Assembly (NCBI GenBank): GCA_048941015.1
Contig: JBHLNZ010000038.1
Coordinates: forward strand, 1-30,528
Length of the DNA: 30,528 bases
Source of the DNA: Promethearchaeota archaeon
Lineage (GTDB): Archaea; Asgardarchaeota; Lokiarchaeia; Sigyniarchaeales; SOKP01
Reading direction: 5' to 3'
Of this stretch, positions 9,745 through 19,318 are shown piece by piece. The notes beneath the pieces were generated by a model, which saw only the letters and a list, made by a program, of their open reading frames with translations, ran no database searches and was not told the origin of the DNA. Each line of letters opens with the position of its first letter. Positions within the stretch are counted from its first letter, which is position 1. The translations under genes and the position numbers were made by a program.

Positions 9745-10272
9745 TTATTGTGTTCTCGCATCAATTATTCTACGTGTTAGTTCAGTAAAAGCCTGATCAA
9801 CATTAATTCCTGTTTTTGCTGAAGTCTCAATATAAATACTACCTTCTTTTTCAGCGAAATTACGAGCATCTCTTCTATCTATAACTTCTCCAACATCTTC
9901 CAATAAATCTGCTTTATTACCAATTAAAACAAAAGGTATATTCTCCCCTGCAAACTGACGTATTTCGGTTAGCCATTTTCTTGTTTCTGAGTAAGTTTGT
10001 TCTCTTGTTAAATCAAATACTAATAATGCACCAGCAGCCCCCTTATAAAAGGTAGATCTAATGAATTCAAAACGTTGTTGCCCTCCGATGTCCCAGATGC
10101 TTAATGTAGCAATTTCTGCCGGTCTAAATTCGACATCCTTAGTAAGGATATCCACTCCAACAGTTAGCTTGTAATTAGCAGCAAATCGATTTTTTATAAA
10201 TCTCTGTACTAAGCTTGTTTTTCCAACCGCAGCAGCGCCAGTAAGTAAAACTTTTAATTTAAAACTTGACAT
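9745..10272 (-). CDS. Rab-like small GTPase (no C-terminal prenylation tail)
   Basis: G1 GAAAVGKT, G3 WDIGGQ, G4 NKAD, G5 ETSAK, plus RabF-like motifs TVGVDI, LSIW, RFEFIR, FYKGA, LVFDLT. Confidence 0.92.
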   Translation of the reverse strand: MSSFKLKVLLTGAAAVGKTSLVQRFIKNRFAANYKLTVGVDILTKDVEFRPAEIATLSIWDIGGQQRFEFIRSTFYKGAAGALLVFDLTREQTYSETRKWLTEIRQFAGENIPFVLIGNKADLLEDVGEVIDRRDARNFAEKEGSIYIETSAKTGINVDQAFTELTRRIIDARTQ

Positions 10273-10576
10273 AGAGTAATTTTACCTTGAGTCTTATTCT
10301 TAATATAAATAAAAAATTTTTAATTGTATATAAATTAATATCGTAATTGATATTTAAGAATTTATTCAATTCTTGTTTTAAAATTTATATTATTTTAATT
10401 AAAAATTTAATATTTTTATTTCTTAAATACTTTTACACATTTCCTTATTAATTTGCCCTTAAATCTTTATCATAGGTCGTAGGGATACGAATATATAAAT
10501 AAAATTATTTGTTATTTTATTACTTTTATAGATGTAATTGTTAGAATTTATTGAGAATGTATAATCATAATTCTAA

Positions 10577-12541
10577 TTATCTTTTTGGGATACTTTGATA
10601 TTCTTTCAAACTTGGAAAATATTCTAGATTTAAATGAGGAAAGTACATTGCCTGAGCATATTCTTTTTGAAAATTCTGTTCTAATGCAATTTCAACATAT
10701 TTTATATTCTTTAACAAATTTTGCGCTTTAGTTCTAAGTGTTCTATCTAATAAGCAAATCTGTGCGCCAGTACCAGCAGCATTTCCTATTTGAAATATCT
10801 TTTCGTTAGGAAGATCTGGAATCATTCCAATAAATTTAGCATTTTCTTTTTTTATGTAATTTCCAAATGCGCCTGCAAGAAAGATTTGAGAAATATCATC
10901 CTGTAAGTTTAATGTCCGTTTTATATAATCTAAAATTAATCTAGCTCCAGAATAAAATGCGCCTTTAGCCATTTGAACTTCTCGTATATCATGTTGAGTA
11001 ATAGATATATGTTTCCCTGTTGATGTTTCATCCTTGTCTACAATTATGAACTCATACCCATTTTCATTCTCTGAAAAATTTTTATCATTAAGAAAACTTT
11101 TATTAAAGTTTCCACTCCGTGTAATAATTCTTGTTCTTAGCATTTCAGCTATGAGATCTATCAATCCTGATCCACATATACCAATCGGTTTTTTATTTTT
11201 TATGGTAGTATAGGAAATACTTAGATCAGATGGATCAATTGTTATTGAATCGATCGCTCCGGCGGCGGCTCTCATTCCATCTTTTATATGAGCGCCTTCT
11301 AGCGCAGAACCTGCAGCACATGATCCTGTTGCTAAAAAATTTTTATTGCCAATAATAATTTCTCCATTTGTTCCAATATCAATAGCTAAGGTTAATTTTG
11401 ATTCCTTATCGATTTCTGAAGAAAGAATCACTCCCATAGTATCCGCACCTACGAATCCAGCTATAAGTGGTAAGGTGTATACATTTCCTGTTTCAGAGAT
11501 ATTTAAATTTAGCTTCTTTGCATTTAAATTCAATCCCTGTTGAACTATTGGGACATATGGACTTAATCCTATGCTTGTAGGATTTAGTCCTAGAAAAATA
11601 TGATGCATAACAGAGTTACCAACAATTGTAGCTTCATAAATTTGAGAAGGTATAATTTTAGCTTTTAAGGTAGTTTTATGAATAATATTGTTTAATGTAT
11701 CTAAGACAATTGAATTGAGTTTTTGAAGCCCATCCCTATGATCTTTTATATAAGAAATCCTTGAAACTACATCTTCCCCAAAAGCAGTTTGAGGATTTAA
11801 TGCGGATGCAACAGAATAAATCTTTCCATCATTGAGGTTAATCAAATATCCAACTATAGTTGTTGTGCCAATATCAAATGCTATCCCATAATTATTAGCT
11901 GTAGTATTAGCAATTTCACAGTCTATTATTCGATTATTATCGCAAAGAGTTAATGTTATCTCACTTTTTCCTTCATTTAAAATATCCTGAATTTTTCTTA
12001 ACGTTTCAAATTCTATTGAAATATTAAAACTTTTGAGCTCATCATTTGATTCCTTTAATACAGAAATAACTCGCTCCAAATCAGGAATGGGTTTTTCTAA
12101 AGTAGGCTTGTTAATCTTTATGAATTTCTTTTTAATATTCGGTTTTAATTTTACTCCTTTATTAATTCCAGTGATTAGTATTTTAAAATCTTCAATTAAT
12201 AAATCTTCAGGAAGAAAAATACGAAATTGAGGTTTTTGATTAGTTTGGATCTCGTTGAGTTTATTTTCTTTAATAAATGTTTGGCATGCTAGTCTCCAAC
12301 CATCTTTAACTTCATTTCTGTTTAGAAACTTTAATTCCGTTTCTGTTGGGGGATTTAAATAATTTAATCCTCTTTGTATTAAAACCTTACATTTACCACA
12401 AGATCCTATACCACCGCATAATGAGGCTATTCGAACCCCAGCATCTAATAAAATGTGGTAAAAAGATTTACCTTTTGTATAGTAAAATCTCCTTGAAATA
12501 GGTTCAAAATCTAAAAGTATTTCGCTATCAATATTATTCAT
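10577..12541 (-). CDS. RACo/RamA-family ATP-dependent reductive activator of corrinoid proteins (DUF4445, ASKHA fold) with N-terminal [2Fe-2S] domain
   Basis: CGGIGSCGKC...RLAC ferredoxin motif; DIGTTT, NPQTAFGEDVVSRI, FVGAD, DIGTNGE, SCAAGSALEG, GICGSG, LAGAFG, GNAAGTGA. Confidence 0.92.
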   Translation of the reverse strand: MNNIDSEILLDFEPISRRFYYTKGKSFYHILLDAGVRIASLCGGIGSCGKCKVLIQRGLNYLNPPTETELKFLNRNEVKDGWRLACQTFIKENKLNEIQTNQKPQFRIFLPEDLLIEDFKILITGINKGVKLKPNIKKKFIKINKPTLEKPIPDLERVISVLKESNDELKSFNISIEFETLRKIQDILNEGKSEITLTLCDNNRIIDCEIANTTANNYGIAFDIGTTTIVGYLINLNDGKIYSVASALNPQTAFGEDVVSRISYIKDHRDGLQKLNSIVLDTLNNIIHKTTLKAKIIPSQIYEATIVGNSVMHHIFLGLNPTSIGLSPYVPIVQQGLNLNAKKLNLNISETGNVYTLPLIAGFVGADTMGVILSSEIDKESKLTLAIDIGTNGEIIIGNKNFLATGSCAAGSALEGAHIKDGMRAAAGAIDSITIDPSDLSISYTTIKNKKPIGICGSGLIDLIAEMLRTRIITRSGNFNKSFLNDKNFSENENGYEFIIVDKDETSTGKHISITQHDIREVQMAKGAFYSGARLILDYIKRTLNLQDDISQIFLAGAFGNYIKKENAKFIGMIPDLPNEKIFQIGNAAGTGAQICLLDRTLRTKAQNLLKNIKYVEIALEQNFQKEYAQAMYFPHLNLEYFPSLKEYQSIPKR

Positions 12542-12760
12542 ATCAATGTCTCATTAAATAATGTACCTACAGTTAAATGTATAGAATATAAGAAATTTAT
12601 AATATTAATTGTAATCTAAAAGCAATTTTAGTTTAGATAATAAATAAAATATAAAAAATTTAATTAATAAATAGGTTTATTTTAATGTAAGAAATAAGAA
12701 GGTATTTTTAAATTCATTTATTTCATTATAATATCTAATTTTTAACGAGTTCATTTTAAA

Positions 12761-15700
12761 ATGGAAATTAGAGATGATTTAGCGCAAGAAGCGATAAAGT
12801 TTTTAGATGCTGCTCAGAAATTTGAAAAACAGGGTCAGTTAGATAAAGCAATTGAAAATTATCAAGCAGCTGCTGAATTCCTAAAAAATAGTGGCTATTT
12901 GATGCAAAGAGTTAATGATATATATTCACGAATAGACGAGTTAAAAAATTTTGTTAAAGAGCAGAAGAAATTTCAATATTTGCAAACGAGTGCCCAATTA
13001 GATAAATTACAAGATCAAGCTTTTATAATTCTTGAAAGAGCAAATAAATCAGAAAAACAGGGTTTTCTTACTGACGCAATAGAACAATATCAATCTGCTA
13101 TAAATTTGTTTATTAAAGCTGGTTGGTCAGAAACACAATTAGAAAATATACATATGAAAATTGAAAATCTTAATCAAATCCTTAAAAAGCAACAAATAAC
13201 TCAAAAGCAAGAAGAATCACTGATTGAGCCTCAACCGCAAGTTCTCGATACATTTGGACAAAAAAAAGATGTCTTGAAAGCTGAAAAGTTAAAATCATAT
13301 ATGGAAAGCAAAATAAAAGAAGAAAAAATTCAGGAAGATGCTTTTAGATTTATAGACAACGCTAAACTTTACGAAATTAATAATAATTTTGACGAAGCGA
13401 TAAAAAGCTATGAACAAGCAATTAATTTACTGGACTCTATAGGTTGGCAAGAACAAACAAATAATTTAAGAATTCTTGTTGAACGACTCAAGAGAGAAAA
13501 AATAGAAATTGATAAATTTAAGACTCAACTAGAACTTAAAAAATCAAGGCCAGTTTTAGAGCTTGAAAAAACTCCTGATAAATTTGAAATTTTAGTGGCT
13601 GAAGAACAACTAGATAATGAGGATCAAATCCAAACTGAAGCATTTAACTTAATAGATATAGCTAAAGAATTAGAAAGAGAAAAGAAGTATAATAAGGCAA
13701 TAGATTATTATAAAAAATCTATTAAGTTGTTAAAATCTATCAATTGGGATTCATATATTCAACCCATTTTAAATTTCATTAATGATGTAGAAGAGAAGAT
13801 CAAAAAGGAAGAAGAACTCGATAAGTTAGCTAGAAAAAGACAAGAAGAAGCAAAAATTATTCAAGAAACAATTTATTTAAAAGAAAAAGAAGAAGCCGTT
13901 CAAACTGTACAAGATCTCCAAAAAAAAAGAACCGAATATCAACAAAAAAGAAGAGAAGAATTAGAAAAGGAAGAGAAATTTTATGCTATATTAGATAAAG
14001 CTGATAAAGTTCTGAATGAAGAGAGGGACTTTGATAAAGCGATTCTAGAATATCAAAAAGCAATAGATTACCTTATAAATATGAGTCCTAGCTGGCAACC
14101 TTATATCGAAACAATTAATTCTACTATTTCTACTATAAATAAGCTAAAAGAGACAGAGTTAGAAAAAGAATTAAGCGAAAGAAAGAAATTAGAGGTAATA
14201 CAGCTTCGGGATTTAGAATTCCAGCAAAAAGTATCATCACAATTACAAAGTGAACTTAAGAATCTTAGAAAGAAAGAAATTGATTATAAAATAAGAAAAG
14301 ATGAATTGCATTATAGAGAACAGAGAAAAGAAAGTGCTTTTAAACTATTGGAAAAAGCACAGGAGTACATTATTCAAGGAGATTTAGATAATGCAATAAT
14401 AGCATATCAGAATGTTGAGCGTATTTTTGCTGGGATTCAATGGGATGACGAAATTGCAATAATAGATAATGCGATATTTGAATTAGAACAAAGAAAGAAA
14501 GAAATTGAATTAAAAAAGCAGAAAGATTTACAAAAATCGATTGAAAAGTTTAAATCAGAAAAAGAGTTCCAAGAAAAAATAGCTAGGCAAATGCAAGTTG
14601 AACGTGAAAGGTTAAAGTCTAAAGAAATAAGTTTAAGAGAAAGAGAAAAAGAAATAGAGTATCGAGAACAAAGAAAACAAGAAGCGTTTCAAATTTTAGA
14701 GGATGCTCAACATTATATTAATAAAGGTGATTATGAAAAAACAATTGAATTATATAATACCGCAAACAATATTTTTGCTGAGATTCATTGGTATGATGAA
14801 GTTGAGTTTATTGGAAAAGCTATAATCGAAATTGAAAATAAAAAGCGTGAGGAGGAGTTAAAAAAGCAGAGAAACTTGTATGTTCAGTTAGAGAAGGATA
14901 AACAAGAAAAAGCATTTCAACAAAAAATCATAAATGACATGAAAATTCAAAAGGAACAACTAAAACAGCGACAAGTAGAATTAAAGGAAAGAGAGAAGGA
15001 AATTGAATATCGAGAAAAAAGGAAAAATGATGCCTTTTATTTGATTGATGTAGCCCAGAATTATTTATCTTTGGGCAAATTCGATGAGGCAATCGAAACA
15101 TATAGAAATGTCGCAGAAATCTTTGCACAAATCCAGTGGGTTGATGAAATTCCTATAATCAAGCAAGCTTTGAGAGAAATAGAAATAAAGCGGAAAGAGA
15201 AAGAGATATGGAAGCAAAGGACTATGCGAGAGGCAACTCAAAAGGAAGCTGAAAATAGAAAATTCATTGAAGGTATTAAAAAACAAAGAGAGCTAGAAAA
15301 ACTCAAGGATGCCGAGAAATATGAATTAATGGAAAAGAGGAGAACTTTTTCTGAGGCTAGTCTTAAAAAACAAGAAGAAGCCTTTAATATCATTGATGAA
15401 GCAGATAATCTTCTTAAACAAGAAAAGTTTGATTTAGCAGAAGAGATGTATAAAAAGGCAATATCCCTTCTAAAAGAAATAGGATGGACTGGATCCTATA
15501 TGAATTTATTAGATGGAACTATTCAGACAATTCGAATAAAAAAACTCGAAAAAGAAAGGAAGGATTTAGAAGAAAAAGAAATCGCAAAAAAGATTTTGGA
15601 TGAAGAAAAAGCATTTGAAAGAAAAATTACAGAAGAAATTTTAAAAGAGCAAGAAAGGTTAAAAACAAAGAAAATTGAACTGAAAAAGAAAGAGCAGTTG

Positions 15701-17683
15701 TTAAAACACATGGAGCTAATAAAGAAAGACGCGTTCGTAATTATGGATAAAGCAGAAATTGTGCTAAATCAGGGATTATACGAACAATCAATTGATCTCT
15801 ATTTCCAAGCGGATTTACTTTTAAGTGAAATTAATTTTCCTACTGATGCAATCAAAGAAATGATTCAAAAGGTTCAAGAAAAACAAAGGGAGGAGAAATT
15901 ATCTAAACAATATGAATTAGAACATTTACTTAGGAAGCAGGAAGAAGAAAGAAAATTTCAAGAAAAAATTGCAGAAAGTGTAAAAGCTGAACGAGAAAGG
16001 ATGAAAACCAAACAAATTAAATTGATGCAACAACATGAATTAAAAGAGTATATGGAAAAAAGAAAGCAAGATGCGTTTGAATTATTAGATAATGCAGATT
16101 TACTTATTAAGAAATCAGAGTATAATAGAGCAATTGAATACTATCGTAGTGCAGAATTAATTCTAAATGAAATACAATTCCCAACTACTTCTTTAAAGGA
16201 ATTAATGTTAAAGGTTCAAGAAAAGAAAAGAGAACAAGAATTAGAGAAACAAAAAGCATTAGAATTAAAATTGCAGAAAGAACAGGAAGAATTAAATTTT
16301 CAAAAGAACGTTGCTGAAAACTTAAAGAGACATAAGGCAAGATTACAAGAAAAACAAATTGAAATTGCAAAATTAGATGAAATGAAGGCTAAATTAGAAC
16401 AAAAACGAGAAGCAGCATTTAAAATTTTAGATGAAGCTGAAATTTTACTTAAAGAAACAAACTATGATGAATCCATGGCTTTATATAGAAAAGCTATGAT
16501 TTTATTAAATGAAATTCAATTTCCTACAGATTCAATAGAGGCAACAATAGTTAAAATTATGGGACTGAAGAGACAGAGAGTTCTTGAAAATGAAACTAAA
16601 TTAAAACGAAATTTGCAACAAATAGAAGAACAAAAGAATTTGGAAACTTTATTTGAAGAAAGGAGAAAGAAAGAAAGAGAAGCTAAAATTGCAAAAGAAG
16701 AAGCAATTAAGCAGCGAGAAAGACTTGTTGAAGAACAAATGAGTTATAGAGACGCGGCCTACTCACTTTTGGAAGGAGCGGGAAAGCATCTTAAACAGAA
16801 AATCCCTGACTATGATTCTGCTATTTCTTTATATATCCAAGCGAGAGATTTACTAGATGAAAAAATTGGATGGGAACCAGAAATTAATAACATAAATGTA
16901 TTAATCAATGATTTACAATCAGAAAAAAGTAAATTAATTGAGAGACAGAATTTAGAAAAACAGCAATATCTTAAGCGACAACGAGAATATAAAATGTTTC
17001 AAGAAGAAATTCAAAAGAGACGAGATGAATTCGAAAGAAAGAAGAGAAAACAAGAAAGAAAATTTAGAGAGCTTCAAAGAATCCAGCAACAAATAGAGAA
17101 GATCAAGGAAGAAGGTTTATCCTTTATAGACAAAGGTAAACAATATGCAGCATTTCGCAATTTTGAAAAAGCATTTAAAGCTTTTAACGAGGCAATTAAG
17201 AAATTTAGTGAAATTGGGTGGCATGAACAAGCAAAATTTATTGAAAAAGAAATTGAGAATACTAAAAAACTTCAGGAAAAATTTGAAAAAGAGAAACAAA
17301 CTACTCGAAAAATTTATGAAGATTTGAGGAAAAAGAAGTTATCAGATGAAATCAAATTGAAAGAAGAACAAAAACAAATGGAGAAAGCGATTGTAGAAGT
17401 AGGTGATTTAACAAGTGAAATATCTAATTTAATAAATATAAAAAAGGAAGAACTTAAATTAGAAGAAAGAAAAGCTAAAGAACTAGCTAAAAAGGAAGCA
17501 CAAGATTTTAGATCGAAAATGGGTGATCTAATAAAATTAAAACAAGATTTAACAAATGAATTAAAAGTTTCAAAAAAACAGAAAGAGATAGATATAGAGA
17601 AAGAAAGATTAGCAAAAGATAAGGAAAAAGCGGATGAGATTAAAAAAATGCTGAAAGATATTGGAAAAAAGAATAGAAAGTAA
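12761..17683 (+). CDS. 1640-aa all-helical repeat protein: 14 MIT/TPR-like three-helix units separated by E/K/R/Q-rich helical spacers
   Basis: Recurring AFx(L/I)(L/I)(D/E)xA...(F/Y)DxAIxxYxxAxx(L/I)(L/F)xxIx(W/F) motif; no TM segment, signal peptide or catalytic motif seen. Confidence 0.8.
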   Translation: MEIRDDLAQEAIKFLDAAQKFEKQGQLDKAIENYQAAAEFLKNSGYLMQRVNDIYSRIDELKNFVKEQKKFQYLQTSAQLDKLQDQAFIILERANKSEKQGFLTDAIEQYQSAINLFIKAGWSETQLENIHMKIENLNQILKKQQITQKQEESLIEPQPQVLDTFGQKKDVLKAEKLKSYMESKIKEEKIQEDAFRFIDNAKLYEINNNFDEAIKSYEQAINLLDSIGWQEQTNNLRILVERLKREKIEIDKFKTQLELKKSRPVLELEKTPDKFEILVAEEQLDNEDQIQTEAFNLIDIAKELEREKKYNKAIDYYKKSIKLLKSINWDSYIQPILNFINDVEEKIKKEEELDKLARKRQEEAKIIQETIYLKEKEEAVQTVQDLQKKRTEYQQKRREELEKEEKFYAILDKADKVLNEERDFDKAILEYQKAIDYLINMSPSWQPYIETINSTISTINKLKETELEKELSERKKLEVIQLRDLEFQQKVSSQLQSELKNLRKKEIDYKIRKDELHYREQRKESAFKLLEKAQEYIIQGDLDNAIIAYQNVERIFAGIQWDDEIAIIDNAIFELEQRKKEIELKKQKDLQKSIEKFKSEKEFQEKIARQMQVERERLKSKEISLREREKEIEYREQRKQEAFQILEDAQHYINKGDYEKTIELYNTANNIFAEIHWYDEVEFIGKAIIEIENKKREEELKKQRNLYVQLEKDKQEKAFQQKIINDMKIQKEQLKQRQVELKEREKEIEYREKRKNDAFYLIDVAQNYLSLGKFDEAIETYRNVAEIFAQIQWVDEIPIIKQALREIEIKRKEKEIWKQRTMREATQKEAENRKFIEGIKKQRELEKLKDAEKYELMEKRRTFSEASLKKQEEAFNIIDEADNLLKQEKFDLAEEMYKKAISLLKEIGWTGSYMNLLDGTIQTIRIKKLEKERKDLEEKEIAKKILDEEKAFERKITEEILKEQERLKTKKIELKKKEQLLKHMELIKKDAFVIMDKAEIVLNQGLYEQSIDLYFQADLLLSEINFPTDAIKEMIQKVQEKQREEKLSKQYELEHLLRKQEEERKFQEKIAESVKAERERMKTKQIKLMQQHELKEYMEKRKQDAFELLDNADLLIKKSEYNRAIEYYRSAELILNEIQFPTTSLKELMLKVQEKKREQELEKQKALELKLQKEQEELNFQKNVAENLKRHKARLQEKQIEIAKLDEMKAKLEQKREAAFKILDEAEILLKETNYDESMALYRKAMILLNEIQFPTDSIEATIVKIMGLKRQRVLENETKLKRNLQQIEEQKNLETLFEERRKKEREAKIAKEEAIKQRERLVEEQMSYRDAAYSLLEGAGKHLKQKIPDYDSAISLYIQARDLLDEKIGWEPEINNINVLINDLQSEKSKLIERQNLEKQQYLKRQREYKMFQEEIQKRRDEFERKKRKQERKFRELQRIQQQIEKIKEEGLSFIDKGKQYAAFRNFEKAFKAFNEAIKKFSEIGWHEQAKFIEKEIENTKKLQEKFEKEKQTTRKIYEDLRKKKLSDEIKLKEEQKQMEKAIVEVGDLTSEISNLINIKKEELKLEERKAKELAKKEAQDFRSKMGDLIKLKQDLTNELKVSKKQKEIDIEKERLAKDKEKADEIKKMLKDIGKKNRK
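12791..17330 (+). repeat. Degenerate protein-level tandem repeat, period mostly 113-119 codons
   Basis: Repeat anchor codons at 12791, 13019, 13340, 13640, 13979, 14336, 14684, 15032, 15380, 15731, 16073, 16415, 16757, 17114 (spacings 76, 107, 100, 113, 119, 116, 116, 116, 117, 114, 114, 114, 119 codons). Confidence 0.85.
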
Positions 17684-17684
17684 A

Positions 17685-19250
17685 TTAACTCAACTTCTTT
17701 TTATTTAATTTTTTAAAGTTAAATGTTAATTGAATTATATAAATTAAACCAATTAGGTTTAATGCAGATAATATAATAATTACAAAAACTCCGTATTCAA
17801 ATATCAATTTAATAATAAAATCACCGGAATTCCTTTCTTGGAGTTTTAAAACTAAATAGAAGGTATGTGTTTCATCTGTAAATATTCCCATTCTCTTTTT
17901 TGATGTAAATTCATTAATTGAATCAGATATTAAAATAGGATTTCCAAAGGCATCTGGTTCAGAATCAAATATAAACATTTCACCATTTGTTGAATTTAAT
18001 TGTTCCAATTCAAAGAAATAATGGTTTGGATCAAGATTTATTGGTAAACAATATACACTTTTGTTTTCATTAAGAGATATGGAAATTTGTGTTTCTTGAG
18101 TTATTAAAATTGGTTTTTTTAATGCTTCCATGATGGCATATCCCTGCACAATTCCCCACCCTTGGATATTATCTTTTATAGTGTGCGAATTTATTGTTCT
18201 AAATGACGTTAATGAGATTATACTCTTTAATTGTTGGGGAGTTAGAGAGGGATTTTTCTCAATCATTAACGCGGCTAATCCAGCAACGAAAGGAGTTGAT
18301 GCAGAAGTACCAGATGCATAAAGAAAATCAGAGGGAGGGTTACTTGGAAAAGCACCAAATATACTAATTGCAGGCGCACAAACATCTGGTTTTATCAAAC
18401 CATCATGAGTTGGTCCTCTACTAGATAAGTAATACATATCTCCATTATAATCAACTCCTCCAACAGCTATAACTGACTTTGCTGAAGCAGGAGCATTTAT
18501 AGTTCCTAACCCACCATTGCTGGAATCATCTCCATCATTACCTGCCGCCGCAACCACTAAAATTCCCTCTTCTGTCAAGCGCTCAACAACTTCATTCATT
18601 GCATTTATATATGGGAGATTGGCAGTAGTTTGTTTTACTCCAAAACTCATACTCACGATTTTTATGCTACTATTATTATTATTTCTATTATAATCTAAAA
18701 TCCATTCAATACCCTTTTCTAGAATAGGTAAAGTTGTAATAATTTCATGTCCTTCTTGATAAAAGAGTTTCAATATTACAAAATTTACTTCTGGAGCAAC
18801 TCCCGTGTATTCAGAACTATTACCTCCTAAAATTGATGCTGCCCAGGTTCCATGCCATTGAATATCATATGGGATTTCAGAGATATTGTTAATACTTTGA
18901 TCATAAAAAGCTATAATTCTTTCAGTCCAATTATTAAGTCCATTATATGTGAATACGGAATGATTAGGATATATTCCAGTATCTAAGACAGCTACAGTAA
19001 TACCTTTTCCAGTTAAATTGTTTTCCCATAGTTCTTCTGTAAGTCCTACATAGTCTTGAGCAGTGTAAGAAAGAGAAATAGAGGAATCGCTGTCTAATAA
19101 TGCTGATTCCTTGTTATAGTTTAAATTTAATGAATTTATACTGGAATCAGTTAATTTTAAATAATCATGGTGTTCTAAAAGAGAAAGAGATACTATGGGA
19201 ATTAAAACTAAAGTTAACACGATTAGGATTTGCTTCTTCAAAAAGAACAC
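17685..19250 (-). CDS. S8 subtilisin-like serine protease, secreted and C-terminally membrane-anchored
   Basis: Catalytic Asp VAVLDTG, His WHGTWAA, oxyanion Asn AAGNDG, Ser SGTSASTP; N-terminal signal (KKQILIVLTLVLIPIVSLS); C-terminal TM helix followed by a basic tail (NFKKLNKKKLS). Confidence 0.9.
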   Translation of the reverse strand: MFFLKKQILIVLTLVLIPIVSLSLLEHHDYLKLTDSSINSLNLNYNKESALLDSDSSISLSYTAQDYVGLTEELWENNLTGKGITVAVLDTGIYPNHSVFTYNGLNNWTERIIAFYDQSINNISEIPYDIQWHGTWAASILGGNSSEYTGVAPEVNFVILKLFYQEGHEIITTLPILEKGIEWILDYNRNNNNSSIKIVSMSFGVKQTTANLPYINAMNEVVERLTEEGILVVAAAGNDGDDSSNGGLGTINAPASAKSVIAVGGVDYNGDMYYLSSRGPTHDGLIKPDVCAPAISIFGAFPSNPPSDFLYASGTSASTPFVAGLAALMIEKNPSLTPQQLKSIISLTSFRTINSHTIKDNIQGWGIVQGYAIMEALKKPILITQETQISISLNENKSVYCLPINLDPNHYFFELEQLNSTNGEMFIFDSEPDAFGNPILISDSINEFTSKKRMGIFTDETHTFYLVLKLQERNSGDFIIKLIFEYGVFVIIILSALNLIGLIYIIQLTFNFKKLNKKKLS

Positions 19251-19318
19251 TACAAGAATTTAAATTTCTTTGAAAAAATAATATATATAATATTATTATA
19301 AATTACTGGGATATTTAA

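Noticed and set aside
10477-10490. TCGTA-GGGA-TACGA mini-hairpin with a GNRA loop
   Set aside because: Only 5 bp with no extension; insufficient evidence.
12761-17683. SMC/Rad50, myosin or tape-measure identity for the giant protein
   Set aside because: No Walker motifs, hinge, motor domain or phage context; any similarity would be compositional.
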